Assembly (NCBI GenBank): GCA_016748015.1
Contig: JAAOMT010000219.1
Coordinates: 351,617-415,616 of the forward strand
DNA: 64,000 nucleotides
DNA from: Geosiphon pyriformis uo1
Lineage: Eukaryota > Fungi > Glomeromycota
Direction: 5' to 3'
Shown: one piece after another, positions 1 through 12,407 of the stretch
How positions within the stretch are numbered: the first letter of the stretch is position 1
How the letters are laid out: the number at the start of each line of letters is the position of its first letter
Translations under genes and position numbers: made by a program
The notes under the pieces: generated by a model
Databases searched by the model: none
What the model was told of the DNA's origin: nothing
What the model saw: only the letters and a program-made list of their open reading frames with translations

Positions 1-389
1 TTAGTAGAAGCCAAAATAATTGCTTTTGAAAAAATAAAACAGTTTCAAGAAAAGCTTAAAAAAAAACAAACCTATAAAACACTTTCTTTAAGTGTTGGTA
101 ACTTAGTATTGGAATACCATTTAGACAAAAACAATGTCTATGGTGATAAATTTTCTAGCTAATAGAAAGGATCTTTTATAGTCAACAAAGTTTTGAACAA
201 TGGTTCTTTTATTCTTCAAGATTAATCTGGAACAATCTTCAATAATCATCTTGTTCATGGTACATAACTCAAAAAATTTCATAAACGACTTGATTGGTTG
301 TCTGTTATGATAATACTGACCCAAATGATCAGCAAAAATCAAGTATAAATAAATGTACTATTCCCAAAACAGAGGTATCTTCAATCGAC

Positions 390-1046
390 ATAAACAATTA
401 TTTTCTGGATCAAAACATTCAAAATGTCTTCTATACTCTCCATGAGTATTGAATCAAAAACTATTCAAATGCTACTCTGACCATTGGAAAACAAACCACC
501 ATAACTGATAACAATGGAACACATACTGTTATTAGACCAAAAAAAACTACTACCAGAAGAGAAAAAATTGGTAGTAAAATAGATAAATATCTGTTGGAAA
601 GTATAACAGCAGCTATATTCTCACTTTCCAACACAATTGGAAAAACACTCCAAGAAATCTTACCCATAGACAAAAACTTGTTATATAAAAGACAATTAGA
701 ACTCTATAGTTGTCTTGATAAAATTATAGAGGATATAAAACTCATAAAAAAAACAACTTCAGAGATACAGGCAGAAATTTTGGGCATTATATGGTTAGAT
801 GTCTCAAGAGTTTTAACTATTGCTAAAAGAGCCAAAACTCTAATACAAAGATTTGGTCTCTTGGATACAAAACTTATTTTGTTTCAAGTGTTATATATCT
901 TATTCACAAAAGACTTCAACAAACTAGTTAGCTTTAAGTTAGATAAAACCCTTCAAATAGATTATACCATAAATAGCTTGATTTCACTAGAGCTCAATCT
1001 CTTTGGAAAGGATAATGTTATGATTGAAACTTATATTTCTTATTAA
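390..1046 (+). pseudogene. Family A ORF3, unknown ~218-aa protein between integrase and 3' LTR
   Basis: ORF 594-1046 plus upstream in-frame sequence; homologous to 17846-18502; stop lies inside the LTR. Confidence 0.75.
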
Positions 1047-1652
1047 TTATTACATGTATTAGCCACTAATATCACATAAATTAGCCACTCTATTTTTAGA
1101 AAGTGACCTGATCATTGACCACTTTTGATAGCTATATAAACAATAAATCTCTTAGCTGTAGAAAAGCATATAGAAATCAAAAAAATAAAATAAATAAAAT
1201 AACAACTTTTATCTTAATCATTCTCTTATTGCTAATTTCTCTTTCCTTACTTTCAAGTATCTGAACATCTTGGGATAAAAGATCACTTGTTGGTTATTCC
1301 TTACTCTTTTTCTGAAATGTGTAATTGCAACATTTGAAGACTATTGAATAAAATGTGACTGAAAAGTACATCTGATACTTGATATTGAATTTTAAGAGCA
1401 CCGATGTAAAGCATAAAATTATACCAGTGTATAATCATTTGTTGACAGTACAGACTATCCCTCTACCTTCAGATTCTCTGGTTATCTTTTGAAAAATATA
1501 GCAACTGAGATATTTTATGAGACTGATCTCACACATTGAATTCATACTTATTTAATTTGCTCTTTAAAGTTAAATTTTCTTTGATTCCTTTCATCACCTT
1601 ACAATTCTGTTCTTTTTTGCTATCTATTAGCTTGTTACTCCAAACTGTAATA
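1016..1652 (+). repeat. Family A 3' LTR
   Basis: TGTTA...TGTAATA (decayed TAACA); aligns with 11679-12355 and 18472-19137. Confidence 0.92.
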
Positions 1653-3888
1653 ATATTATCTACAAATCAATGAATTAGTTAAAAGATTCAATAGAACATT
1701 GTGTAAAGCAATTGCCAAAATCAGCTAAAAAAATCAAGACAAATGAGATTTGTTTATATCATTAGTATTATTTGCTTATTGGACAATAAAGCAAGACACT
1801 ATACAAGCAACACCATTTAAATTAGTATATGATAAAACAGCAACATTACCAGTTGAGATAAAAGTCAACACATATCCAACAGAACCAATAACCAAAGACA
1901 ATCTTCAAGAAACATTGCTAAGAAGAACATATGACTTGATAAAAACTCTAGAAAACAAACAGCAAAGAACAGCTAATAAACATCTAGAAGTCACAAAAAA
2001 AACAAAAAGAAAGACACAATAACCAACTATCAGATAAACCAGTTGAATTTAAGATTGGAGACAAAGTACTCTTACATTATATCAAAGTGGAAAAACAATG
2101 GAATGGAAAATTTGACCCCAAATGAGACAGATCATTTTACATAGAAAAAATTCTAGGAAATAGAGCTTATAAATTAAGATTGAACAATAAAATCTTAATC
2201 AAAGCAACATATAGTGATTAACTGAAACCATATTATTATATAGTATCATTATCCACCACAATTAAGAGTACAGAGAATACTAATCCAACCAGATGAAATT
2301 CTATGAAATCTAGAACCAATTATTATCATTGACACCAACATGTCAAATTGAACAACTAAAAGAATATAAAAACATAATAAATATGACAAAAAACAGCAGA
2401 AAAATGGAAATTACCAATAATATTCACTTACTAGTACAACAACTCTTTTAACTAATTCAATAACAAGATATAGAAATTACAATCAATTAACAAACTATCA
2501 AATACAAAAACACCAGAAAGAAACAACAAGATAAAGTACAGAGAAAAACAGAAAACACTATTAACAAAATAATTACAAAAGTAAAATTGGCAATAGAAAC
2601 ACAACCAAAAATTACCTAATATCAAAAGTTGATGATAGAAACATGGAATTAGTGAACACAACAATTTTCAAGGAACTTTTGTTATTTTTACTTAGAACAA
2701 TATCTGAATATCCAAAACTTATATATGAATAAAACAAAGTGATTATTTGACCCAGAAATATTACAGCAACTTGAAAAAGAATAATCTAACCACAAAAGCA
2801 CAAGCCATCTATTGATTACAAGCTGGATTTTAAGACTAACCAAAAATCTTATTCAATCTAGCAATGGACTCCATTACCATTAACCAAATGGGAAAAATAA
2901 CCAATGCCCAATTTAAAGAATTACAAAACAAGATAACACAAGTAATTTTTGAAAAAGAAGTTCAAGAAATACTCAAAGACAGAAAGTTAGAATTAGAAGA
3001 TCTTAATGGAGCTCAATATTAAAAGGAGGGAATAATATTACTCTTAGAATATAGAAAGTATAAATTAGCCAATCAAAAGTAGCCATAGTAAATGTGGAAT
3101 TCTAAGATTTCTCTCAAAGAAATTGCAGGATTCCAGGAATTTCAGAATTCTCATATAAAGAATTACAGGATTCCAGAATTCCAGAATTCTTTTCAAAGAA
3201 ATTGCAGGATTCCAGGAATTCTAAGATTCCTGGTGTGAAGAATTGAGGAATTGAAGAATTTCAATTATGTATATATAGCAGTAGTGTTAAAAGTAGAAAA
3301 AACAGATCTCTGAGTTTAAATTCAATTTAAACAACTGTCCACATCACAAATATCAATAAATAATTATTTACTATCTCAATTTCACTCTTCACTATTAACT
3401 TTTCATGTTGATAATAACTAATACTTGACCATACTGGAACAATAGCTTTTGATTATGGCTATTAATGGGATACTAACATTCATTGCCTTGGCTTATTTTT
3501 TTCTTTTCTTTTATTTTCTTTTCTGTGTTATTTTGTTATTTTTTGTTGTTGACTAATTAATTAAAGAGTAAAGCACTAAGTTATTAACATTAAGAATAGT
3601 CTGGTAAAAGACCCCAAAGGAAGAGTATAAAGTTTGATAGTTTAAAAATAGCTTACCAAAAAGGCATCTCTGCCAGATTACCAGCCACCATACTGAAAAA
3701 AAAATTCAACAGAATTGCGATTCTAAAAGGCTACTGAAACATTATTGAATCTTTGTCCATTATACAAAAAATTCTAACCCAAATCTTTAGATCACAAAAA
3801 CCTTCAGAAACTAATATTATTACATCAATTAAGCACCAAGTTATTAGTTTGTTATTTGCTTTGAGACTCTAAATAATCACTTGTAATA
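1653..3888 (+). mobile_element. Ty3/Gypsy family B copy B1, 3' part (integrase C-terminus, ORF3 ~2404-3022, PPT, 3' LTR), inserted in ORF3 of a family A copy
   Basis: Integrase text TPFKLVY..ATLPVEI..ETLLRRTYDL, similar to 48852+. PPT AAAAGGAGGGAATAA at 3021-3035. Family A ORF3 resumes at 3889. Confidence 0.88.
3036..3888 (+). repeat. Family B 3' LTR with internal GAATTGCAGGATTCCAGGAATTC-type tandem repeats
   Basis: TATTACTC...TGTAATA; reverse complement matches the solo LTR at 39720-40591. Confidence 0.88.
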
Positions 3889-4805
3889 ATGTTCCAAGAG
3901 TTTTAACTATTGCTAAAAGAGCCAAAACACTAATACAAAAATTTGGTTTTTTAAATACAAAATTCATTTTGTCTCAAGTGTTATATACTCTATTTACAAA
4001 TACTTCAACAAACTAGTTAACTTTGAATTAGATAAAACTATTCAAATAGATTACATCATAAATAACTTGATTTCACCAGAGCTCAATCTCTTTGGAAAGG
4101 ATGATATTATAGTTAAAACCTATACTTCTTATTAATTATCACATATATTAGTTACTAATGTCATATAATTAGCCACTCTATTTTTAGAAAGTGATTATTG
4201 ATCTAATTATTGACCTGACTGTTGACCTGATTATTGACCTAATTATTAACCTAGTTATTGATTTGATTATTGATCACTTTTAATAGCTATATAAGTGATA
4301 AATCTCTTAACTATAGAAAAACATATAAGAATCAAAGAAAGAAAATAAATAAAATAACAACTTTTCATCTCAATTATTTTCTTATTGCTAATTTCCCTTT
4401 TCTTACCTTCAAGTATCTGAATAACTTGGGATAAAAGATATTTGTTGGCTTTTATCTACCCTTTTCCTAAAACAAATAATTGTAGCATTTAAAGATTATT
4501 GAATAAAATATGATTAAAGAGCACATTTAATACCTAATATTAAATTCTAAGAACACTAATGTGAGACATAGAATTATATCAGGCATGATCATTTGTTGAT
4601 AGTACAAACTATCCTTTTACTTTCAGATTCTTCAGTTACCTTTTGAAAGTATAGCAACTGAAATATTTTATGAGACTAATCTCACATATTGAATTCTTAC
4701 TCATTCAATTTGCTCCTTGAAGTTGAAATCTCTTTGATTATTTTAATCATCTTACAATCCTGTTTTCCCTTACTATCTGTTAGCTTGTTACTCCAACCCA
4801 TAACA
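3889..4805 (+). mobile_element. Family A copy A2, 3' remnant (end of ORF3, PPT, 3' LTR 4105-4805), inserted just upstream of the protease domain of copy A3
   Basis: Matches 800-1652; ends CCCATAACA; next bases resume family A pol (IPKKK..PKTNKH). Confidence 0.88.
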
Positions 4806-7103
4806 ATACCAAAAAAAAAACACCAAAAACCAACAAACACTCTTGCCAAGCTAGATTTGCTAACAACAGCAATGTCACTCCTTTAATTTGTCAAGCCCAA
4901 GTGGCTGGTTATTTCATTAATCTGATCTTAGACAGTAGATCATCTGTTAGTGTAATTGCCAAACACTTTTTTAAAGCAATTGGCAGAAAGATTGATAAGC
5001 TTTTTATTTGACCAATAACCAATATACATAGTGACAAAAAAAAAGATCTGGACATAGCTAAAGCTATTTCTGTTCACATCAATAGTATCAGCATTGAAAC
5101 TGACATGGAAGTATTTGAAGCAAAAAAGTACATTATAATTGTTGGCAATAAGTGGCTTAAGAAAGCCAAAGCACTACTTGACTATAAACTTTGTGAGCTA
5201 ACTATCAGATGTAGTAAGAAGTTCATTGTAGTTAAATGCTATTATTAAACAACTTCTCTAGTACCCAAGCAAAACCAAGAAGAAAAACAGTCAGATGAAT
5301 TAGATGATGATAAGAATAATAAAGAAGAAGATCAAGAAAAACAAGAAGAAACTACTGAACTTGCTTATACTATTTTTACCAAAAATGATAAATCTGAACA
5401 ATATTAAAGCTAACAAAGAAGGAATTATGATAAATGGCAAGCTAATCTGCTGGTCCTACTATGATATTCTCAAAAAAACCTTTGATAGAAAACCTGGCAA
5501 GAAAACAAAATACAGTTATTGATAACATGACCTTTGTGCCAGATGCTAGTGCAATAAATCTTTGTATTCCCCTAGTGATGAATGCAAGTCTTGTTTAATC
5601 TATTACAAAGATTGAAAGCCAATTAGTTTAATATCCAAAGAAGTACAGAAGTCCTTTGAAAATAAACCACCTGAAATCCAATCACTAGTTACAGAACAAA
5701 GAAAACCTTTCCCTGAAAAAAGAAAAGTGGACATTGAAAATCTGTTGGCTAAAAATAGCCCAGTTATTTCAAAAGAAAGTAATACTTCTGAATAAACCCA
5801 TGTGATACAACATACTATCACCACAAAAAAAAATTGTCTTATTCATTTGAAGCCTTATTAATTCAATTGACACAATAATAAGTTTATCAAGAAAGAGATA
5901 AACCAGATAAAAAATCTTAGATTTATACAAAAAACCAAGAGTGAATGAGCTTTTCCAGTTGTAGTAGTATCCAAGAAAGATAGAACCTTACATTTCTATG
6001 TTAACTACTGTCAATTAAATACCATCACTATAAGAAACATGTACTCACTCCTTAAAATTAATACAATGCTAGATAAATTCAATAATGCTGTTTTCTTCTT
6101 AACTATTGACTTAACTGTTGAATTCCAGCAAGTAAAAATAGATTCAGAAAGCAGAAAAAAAACTGTTTTCATTACCAAGTATGGCACTTATGAATTCACA
6201 GTCATGTCTTTTGGTCTCACTAATGCCCCTTCCACTTTTTAACATCTAATAGACAAAGTATTTGAATCAGTAAAAGAAAACTTTGTTTTAATCTACTTAG
6301 ATGACATAATGGTATACTTAAAAATCTGGGATGAATATTTTAAATATTTGCAGAAGGTTTTTGATCTGCTTAGAAATGCTGGTCTTAAAATCAACCCAAT
6401 CAAATCTTTTTTTGGATGCCAATCTACCCAGTTTCTTGGTCATTTTATTACAAAAGATGGAATCTTCCCTGATCCAGCTAAAGTTGAAAAAGTTTAAAAC
6501 ATTAGACAATTAATAAATGTTCCTGAACTATGCTCTTTCCTTGGTTTGGCTTTTTACTATTGCAAATTTATCAAGGATTTCTCCAAAATCGTCTTTTCTA
6601 TTAATCATCTACTTAGGAAAAATGTCAATTATTATTGGAGCATTTATCAACAAAAAGCTTTTGAAATTCTGAAGGAAAAACTTGTTACTAAACCAATTCT
6701 CAAGCAACCTAATCTGGACCAATCTTTTATCCTCCACATTGATGCATCTGGCTATGAACTTGGTACTGTTCTTTTACAGAAAGATGAAAATGGCAGAGAA
6801 CATATCATAGCATATGCCAGTAGATCCTTCACACCAGCAGAAAAGAACTATTCAATTATTGAACAAGAATGTTTGGCAGTAGTTTGGACTACTAGTTACT
6901 GGAATCAATATCTTCTTGGTATAAAATTCTTAGTAGTAACAGATTATCAAGCCTTGGTTTGGCTGTGCAATAAAAAAAAGTTAGAACACAAACAAATAAT
7001 TTGCTAAATACTCTACTTGAATGAATTCGACTATAATATTCAACACCACAAAGAAACAAATCATCAAAATGCTAATGCTCTCTTTAGACTTATCATCCAG
7101 TAA
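4806..7103 (+). pseudogene. pol: pol (PR-RT-RNase H) pseudogene of A3
   Basis: ORF fragments 5304-7007; terminates ..HQNANALFRLIIQ** at 7101-7106. Confidence 0.85.
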
Positions 7104-7161
7104 TAGTACAACCTCTTAAATCAAACCAACCTAATTATTAGTAACTTTTTCACAAACAAAC

Positions 7162-8481
7162 ATGATAATAGACTTGGATAACTATTCTGTCTTAATGGAA
7201 TTTTTGGATAAAGAATAATACCCACCAAAATACACTTGACAGCAAAGAGAACATTTGTGTAAACAATCAAATTTCTATTTAATTTGTCAGAACCAGTTAT
7301 ATAAAAGAAATAGAAAAGATCCTGACTGTTCTTAAAGAATCATCAGATTTGAAGAAAAAAAAATTGTAATATACAATACATATACTGATCCATTAGCTGA
7401 ACACTTTGGAAAAACAAAAACAATTCAAAAAATCTTAGCTTGCTATTATTGGCTTATTTTGGAAAAAGATATTGTTGAATACATCAAAATCTGTAACATT
7501 TGCCAAAGAAAAGACAAATCCAATTGCAAAGAAAATATCCATCTAATCTCTGTTGGTCAACTATTTGACAAAATTGGTATAGATGTTATTGGACTTTTAA
7601 CAATAATTCCTAATGGCAATAAATACATTATTATAGCTACTGATTATCTTACAAAGTGAGTAAAAACAAAAGCCACTCCAGACCAAACAGCAGTCTTAAT
7701 AGCCAATTTCATTTATGAAGATATTATCTGCCATTATGGCTGTTCCAAAGAACTTTTATCTAATAGAGGAAGAGCTTTTCTCAGTACACTGGTTGAAGAA
7801 TTTTGTAGAAAAATGAGAATATATCATAAACTTTCTTCTTTTTACTACTCTCAAACAAATAGCCTAGTGGAACATTTCAATAGAACATTATGTGAAACCT
7901 TAGCCAAAACCAGTGAAAAAACAAACTTATGAAACAAAGTACTGCCTTTAGCTTTGTTTGTTTATAAAACAGTAAATCATAACATAACAAGTTATGAATC
8001 TTTTTATCTATTCTATGGACATATAACAATTCTACCAATAAAAACTAACATTGAAACAATACTCTTTGAAAAAATCACAATAGAGAATTATAAAAACATT
8101 TTGCAAAGAAGACTTGGTACTATTCTTGATTCTTTAATAGAAGCATAAATAATTGGTTTTGAAAAGATAAAACAGTTTTAAGAAAAACTTAAGAAAAAAA
8201 AAACCTATAAAACACTTTTTTTAAGTGTTGATAACTTGGTATTAGAATATCATTTAGACAGAGACAATGTTTATAATAATAAATTCTCTAACTGGTGGAA
8301 AGAACCCTTTATAATCAACAAAATTTTAAACAATAATTCTTATATTCTTCAAGATCAATTTGGAACAATCTTTAATAATTGTTCTGTTTATAGTATACAA
8401 CTCAAGAAATATTATAAACGACTTGATTGGTTGCCTGTTGTAATAATACTAACTCAAATGATCAGCAAAAATCAAGTATAA
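7162..8481 (+). pseudogene. Stand-alone integrase ORF pseudogene of A3
   Basis: Own ATG at 7162, in frame with 7459-7659; HHCC and DDE core remnants; no chromodomain seen. Confidence 0.82.
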
Positions 8482-10235
8482 ATAAATACATTATTCCCAA
8501 AACAGAGATATTTTCAATTAACATAAACAATTATTTTCTGGATTAAAAACTATCCAAATGCTACTTTGACTATTAAAAAACAGACCACTATAACTAATAA
8601 CAATAGAATACATATTGTTATTAGATCCAAAAAAACCACTACCAAAAGAGAAAAAATTAGTAGCAAAATAGATAAATATCTGTTAGAAAGTATAATAGCA
8701 GCTATACTTCTACCTTCCAGCACAATTAGAAAAACACTTCAAAAAATCTTATTTATAGACAAAAACTTGTCATATAAAAGACAATTAAAACTCTATAGTC
8801 ATCTTGAAGAAATCATAGAAAATATAAAACTCATAAAGAAAACAACTTTAGAGATACAGACAGAAATTTTGGGCATTATATAGTTAGATGTTTCAAGAGT
8901 TTTAACTATTGCTAAAAAAACCAAAATTCTAATACAAAGATTTGGTCTTTTGGATACAAAATTCATTTTGTCTCAAGTATTATATACTTTATCCACAAAA
9001 GACTTCAATAAAATAGTTAGTTTTAAGCTAAATAAAATGTTTCAAATAGATTATTTCATAAATAACTTGATTTTGCCAGAGCTTAACCTTTTTGGAAAGG
9101 ATAATATTATAGTTGAAACTCATACTTTTTATTAGTTATCATATGTATTAGCCACTAATATCATATAATTAGTCATCTTATTTTTAGATAGTGATTATTA
9201 ATCTGATCAATGACTTGATCATTAACCTAATTAATGACCTAATTGTTGACCTAATTATTGACCTAATTATTAATCTAGTTATTGATCTAATTATTAATCA
9301 CTTTCAATAGCTATATAAGGAATGAATCTCTTAGTTATAAAAAAACATAATCAAAGTAATAAAATAAAACCCACTATCAATTACTTTCTCTTATATCACT
9401 ACTGACATATGTTATAGCATGTTGTCTGCTGTCTTCATTTTTTTGTAAGAAAACAGCACCAAGTTTATAGCCAGATGTATCAGTATGGAAAATAAAAGGT
9501 TGGTTCAAATCAGATTGCTTGAGAATTGGTTTAGTAACAAGTTTTTCCTTTAGAATTTCAAAAGCTTTTTGTTGATAAATGTCCCAGTAATAATTGACAT
9601 TTTTTCTGAGTAGCTGATTGAGAGGAAAGACGATTTTAGAAAATTCTTGATAAATTTGCAATAGTAAAAAATCAAAGCATAGTTCAAGAACATTCATTGG
9701 TTGTCTAATGTTTTGAACTTTGTTAACTTTAACTGGGTCAGGAAAGATTTGATCTTTTGTAATAAGATGACCAAGGAACTGAGTGGATTGGCATTCAAAA
9801 AAAGATTTGATTGAGTTGATTTTAAGGCCAGCATTTCTAAACAGGTCAAAAACCTACTGCAAATGTTCAAAGTATTCATCCCAGGTTTTTGAGTAGACCA
9901 TTATGTTATCTAAGTAGACCAGAACAAAGTTTTTTTTACTAATTCAAATACTTTGTCCATTCGATGTTGAAAGATAAAAGGAGCATTAATAAGACTAAAA
10001 GGCATAATTGTGAATTTATAGGTGCCATACTTGGTAATAAAAGCAGTTTTTTTTCTGCTTTCTGGATTCATTTCTACTTGCCAGAATTCAGCAGTTAAGT
10101 TAATGGTTGAAAAGAAAGCAACACTATTGAATTTATCTAATATTGCATTAATTTTGAAAAATGAGTATATGTCTCTTATAATAATAGTATTTAATTGGTA
10201 ATCAACACAAAAGCATAGAGTTCCATCTTTCTTGG

Positions 10236-11628
10236 TATTACCAATGGTTTTTGTCATTATTTTTTAGCTTAATTGGTAACACACATTACCATGATTATGC
10301 TACTGAATATAGCATATTATGGGTGTATAAACTATTTCAGTAGGTGAGAAAGCAAAAAGAGTACGTGATAAGGTTATTAAAGATAAAAAAAAGTATTGTC
10401 ATTATTATTTGTTTTTGGACAAGAACCAGTCTTAAGTATTTAAAAAAGAAAAGAGAAGTCACATCTCTTTATATGTATTAAAAGTGCAACCAGCAATAAG
10501 GAGAAGCCAAAACTACTTAAAAAAATTGTAATTAGAATTCTTTCAATTAGTTATCAAAAGGGTATGGTGTTCAAATACCCACTTTGAAAACAAAGTTATA
10601 GAAATAATAAAAAGATTGTAAAAATAAAACATAACTGAAATAGATTTAAACTTTTTATTGTTGAGACTACTTTCTAACAATGTGATACTTTATTACTTAT
10701 TTTAATATTTTAACAACTTGTTCAGTGAAACAAGACTTAATGTGAAATGGTAATAACATATGATTTAAAAGATCAAAAGTAATAAAAAGCTTGATGGTAT
10801 TATTAACAACTAGATAAGAAGTTATAAATAATGTAATTCCAAATGGTGATAAGGAATATGAGAAGGCATACTTGAAATTGTGATAACAAGCATTTAAAAC
10901 ATAAGAAGAAAGAAAAAAAGAGTAAGGAATAGAGGAAAGAACTAACTGTTTACTATAAAACTATAGTAAAAAGTTGGCTTAGTATTGAATTGATGCTTTT
11001 CTAAGCTGATAGAGAGACTATATATATAGCTAAATTATATTAAATCTGCATACTATATTAAGACTATTTAAGATACATCAATTATTTATACATTTTAATT
11101 TAATCAATTCATGATAAGCTTTACTCGGCATGTTATTTTCTCAAAGCTAGTGATTTTTAGATGATCAGATTTAGATGGCTGGATTTAGAACATTAATTAT
11201 AAATCAATGATACCAATTGTGATTATGATTAACATAATCAGAAGTAGATCAATTGATTAATTTTTTAATAACTATTTTTAATTATTGATCACAGATCTGG
11301 AATGTTAGATTGTTCTAATAAAAATGTATAAGAATTTTGGAACATAACAAAACTTGTTGTTATCTGATTACATACATCAATTATTCATTTTCATTGGTGT
11401 TTCTTAGTTTGTCAAAATTTCTTTGTATTCAACTTAGTTAAACTGTTGGATTGTGCCATATTTCTTTGTTGTAATTGGATTGATTGCTGATCATTTATTT
11501 TCAGATTGCCAGCTAATTTTGTTGATTAAGTGTAATAATGTAGGCCTTTTACACATGATTTTGATGTTAATTTTTATTGTATATGTTGTAATTTTTGCAT
11601 TGAAAAGTGTGAAAATCTTTTAGTAATA
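10236..11628 (-). mobile_element. Solo-LTR-like insertion (family C), possibly containing a second nested LTR (~10333-11349)
   Basis: Termini TATTACCA...TAGTAATA with TTGG TSD at 10232-10235 and 11629-11632; no coding signal. Internal CATAACA end at 11349 is followed by AAAC, which also occurs at 10329-10332. Strand inferred from resemblance to the family D LTR end. Confidence 0.72.
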
Positions 11629-11678
11629 TTGGATATTATTACAACTGAAAAAGCCTATTCACTCTTGGTTTTTTGTAT

Positions 11679-12355
11679 TGTTACAGTTGAAACTTATACT
11701 TTTTATTAATTATCACATGTATTAGCCACTGATGTTATATAAATTAGCCACTCTATTTTTGGAAAGTAATCATTGACCTGATTATTGACTTGATTATTGA
11801 CCTAGTTGTTAACTTGATTATTGACCACTTTTGACAATTATATAAACAATGAATCTCTTAGCTGTAAAAAAGCATGTAAAAATCAAAAAAATAAAGAAAT
11901 AAAATAACAACTTCATCTTAATCTTTCTCTTATTACTAATTTCCCTTTCCCTACCTTTAAGTTCTGAACATCTTAAAGATAAAAGACTACTTGTTGGCAT
12001 TTATTTATCCTTTTTCTAGAACATGTAATTGCAGCATTTGAAAACTATTGAATAAAACATGACTGAAAAGCATATTTGATATCTAATATTGAATGCTAAG
12101 AGTGCTGATGTAAGGCATAGAATTATATTAGGTGTGATCAATTGTTGACAATATGGACTATTTCTCTACCTTCAGATTCTCCAGTTATTTTTTAAACAGT
12201 ATAGTGACTGAGATATTTTATGAGACTGATCTTGTACATTGAATCCATACTTATTTAATTTGCTCCTTGAAGTTGAATTCTCTTTAATTATTTCCATCAT
12301 CCTACAATTCTGTTCTCCCTTGCTATCCATTAGCTTGTTACTCCAACCTGTAACA
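11679..12355 (+). repeat. A5 5' LTR (677 bp)
   Basis: TGTTACAG...TGTAACA. Confidence 0.95.
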
Positions 12356-12361
12356 TAAAAG

Positions 12362-12379
12362 TGGTGCTCTCTGTGAAGT
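12362..12379 (+). promoter_or_regulatory. Primer-binding site TGGTGCTCTCTGTGAAGT; tRNA identity uncertain, resembles elongator tRNA-Met 3' ends
   Basis: TGG start 6 nt after the LTR; conserved in A4 (reverse strand, ~22224-22241). Confidence 0.7.
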
Positions 12380-12407
12380 TGTCAAAATCTACTTTGTTTC
12401 CTATTGT

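Larger units (their letters stand above)
1..1652 (+). mobile_element. Ty3/Gypsy family A copy A1, 3' part (integrase C-terminus, ORF3, PPT, 3' LTR), inserted in the integrase of a family B element
   Basis: Collinear with 17460-19137. PPT-like TTGGAAAGGATAA precedes the LTR. Sequence after 1652 resumes a different integrase (decayed LVKRFNRTLC). Confidence 0.9.
4806..9401 (+). mobile_element. Family A copy A3: protease, RT, RNase H, separate integrase ORF, ORF3, truncated 3' LTR (9105-9401)
   Basis: LILDS protease; FGLTNAPSTF and YLDD RT; DASGY..YASR RNase H; CNIC and TDYLTK integrase; many premature stops. Confidence 0.92.

Noticed and set aside
3095-3265. CRISPR-like array in the LTR repeats (also 4195-4277, 9195-9302)
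   Set aside because: No unique spacers, eukaryotic LTR context, no cas genes.
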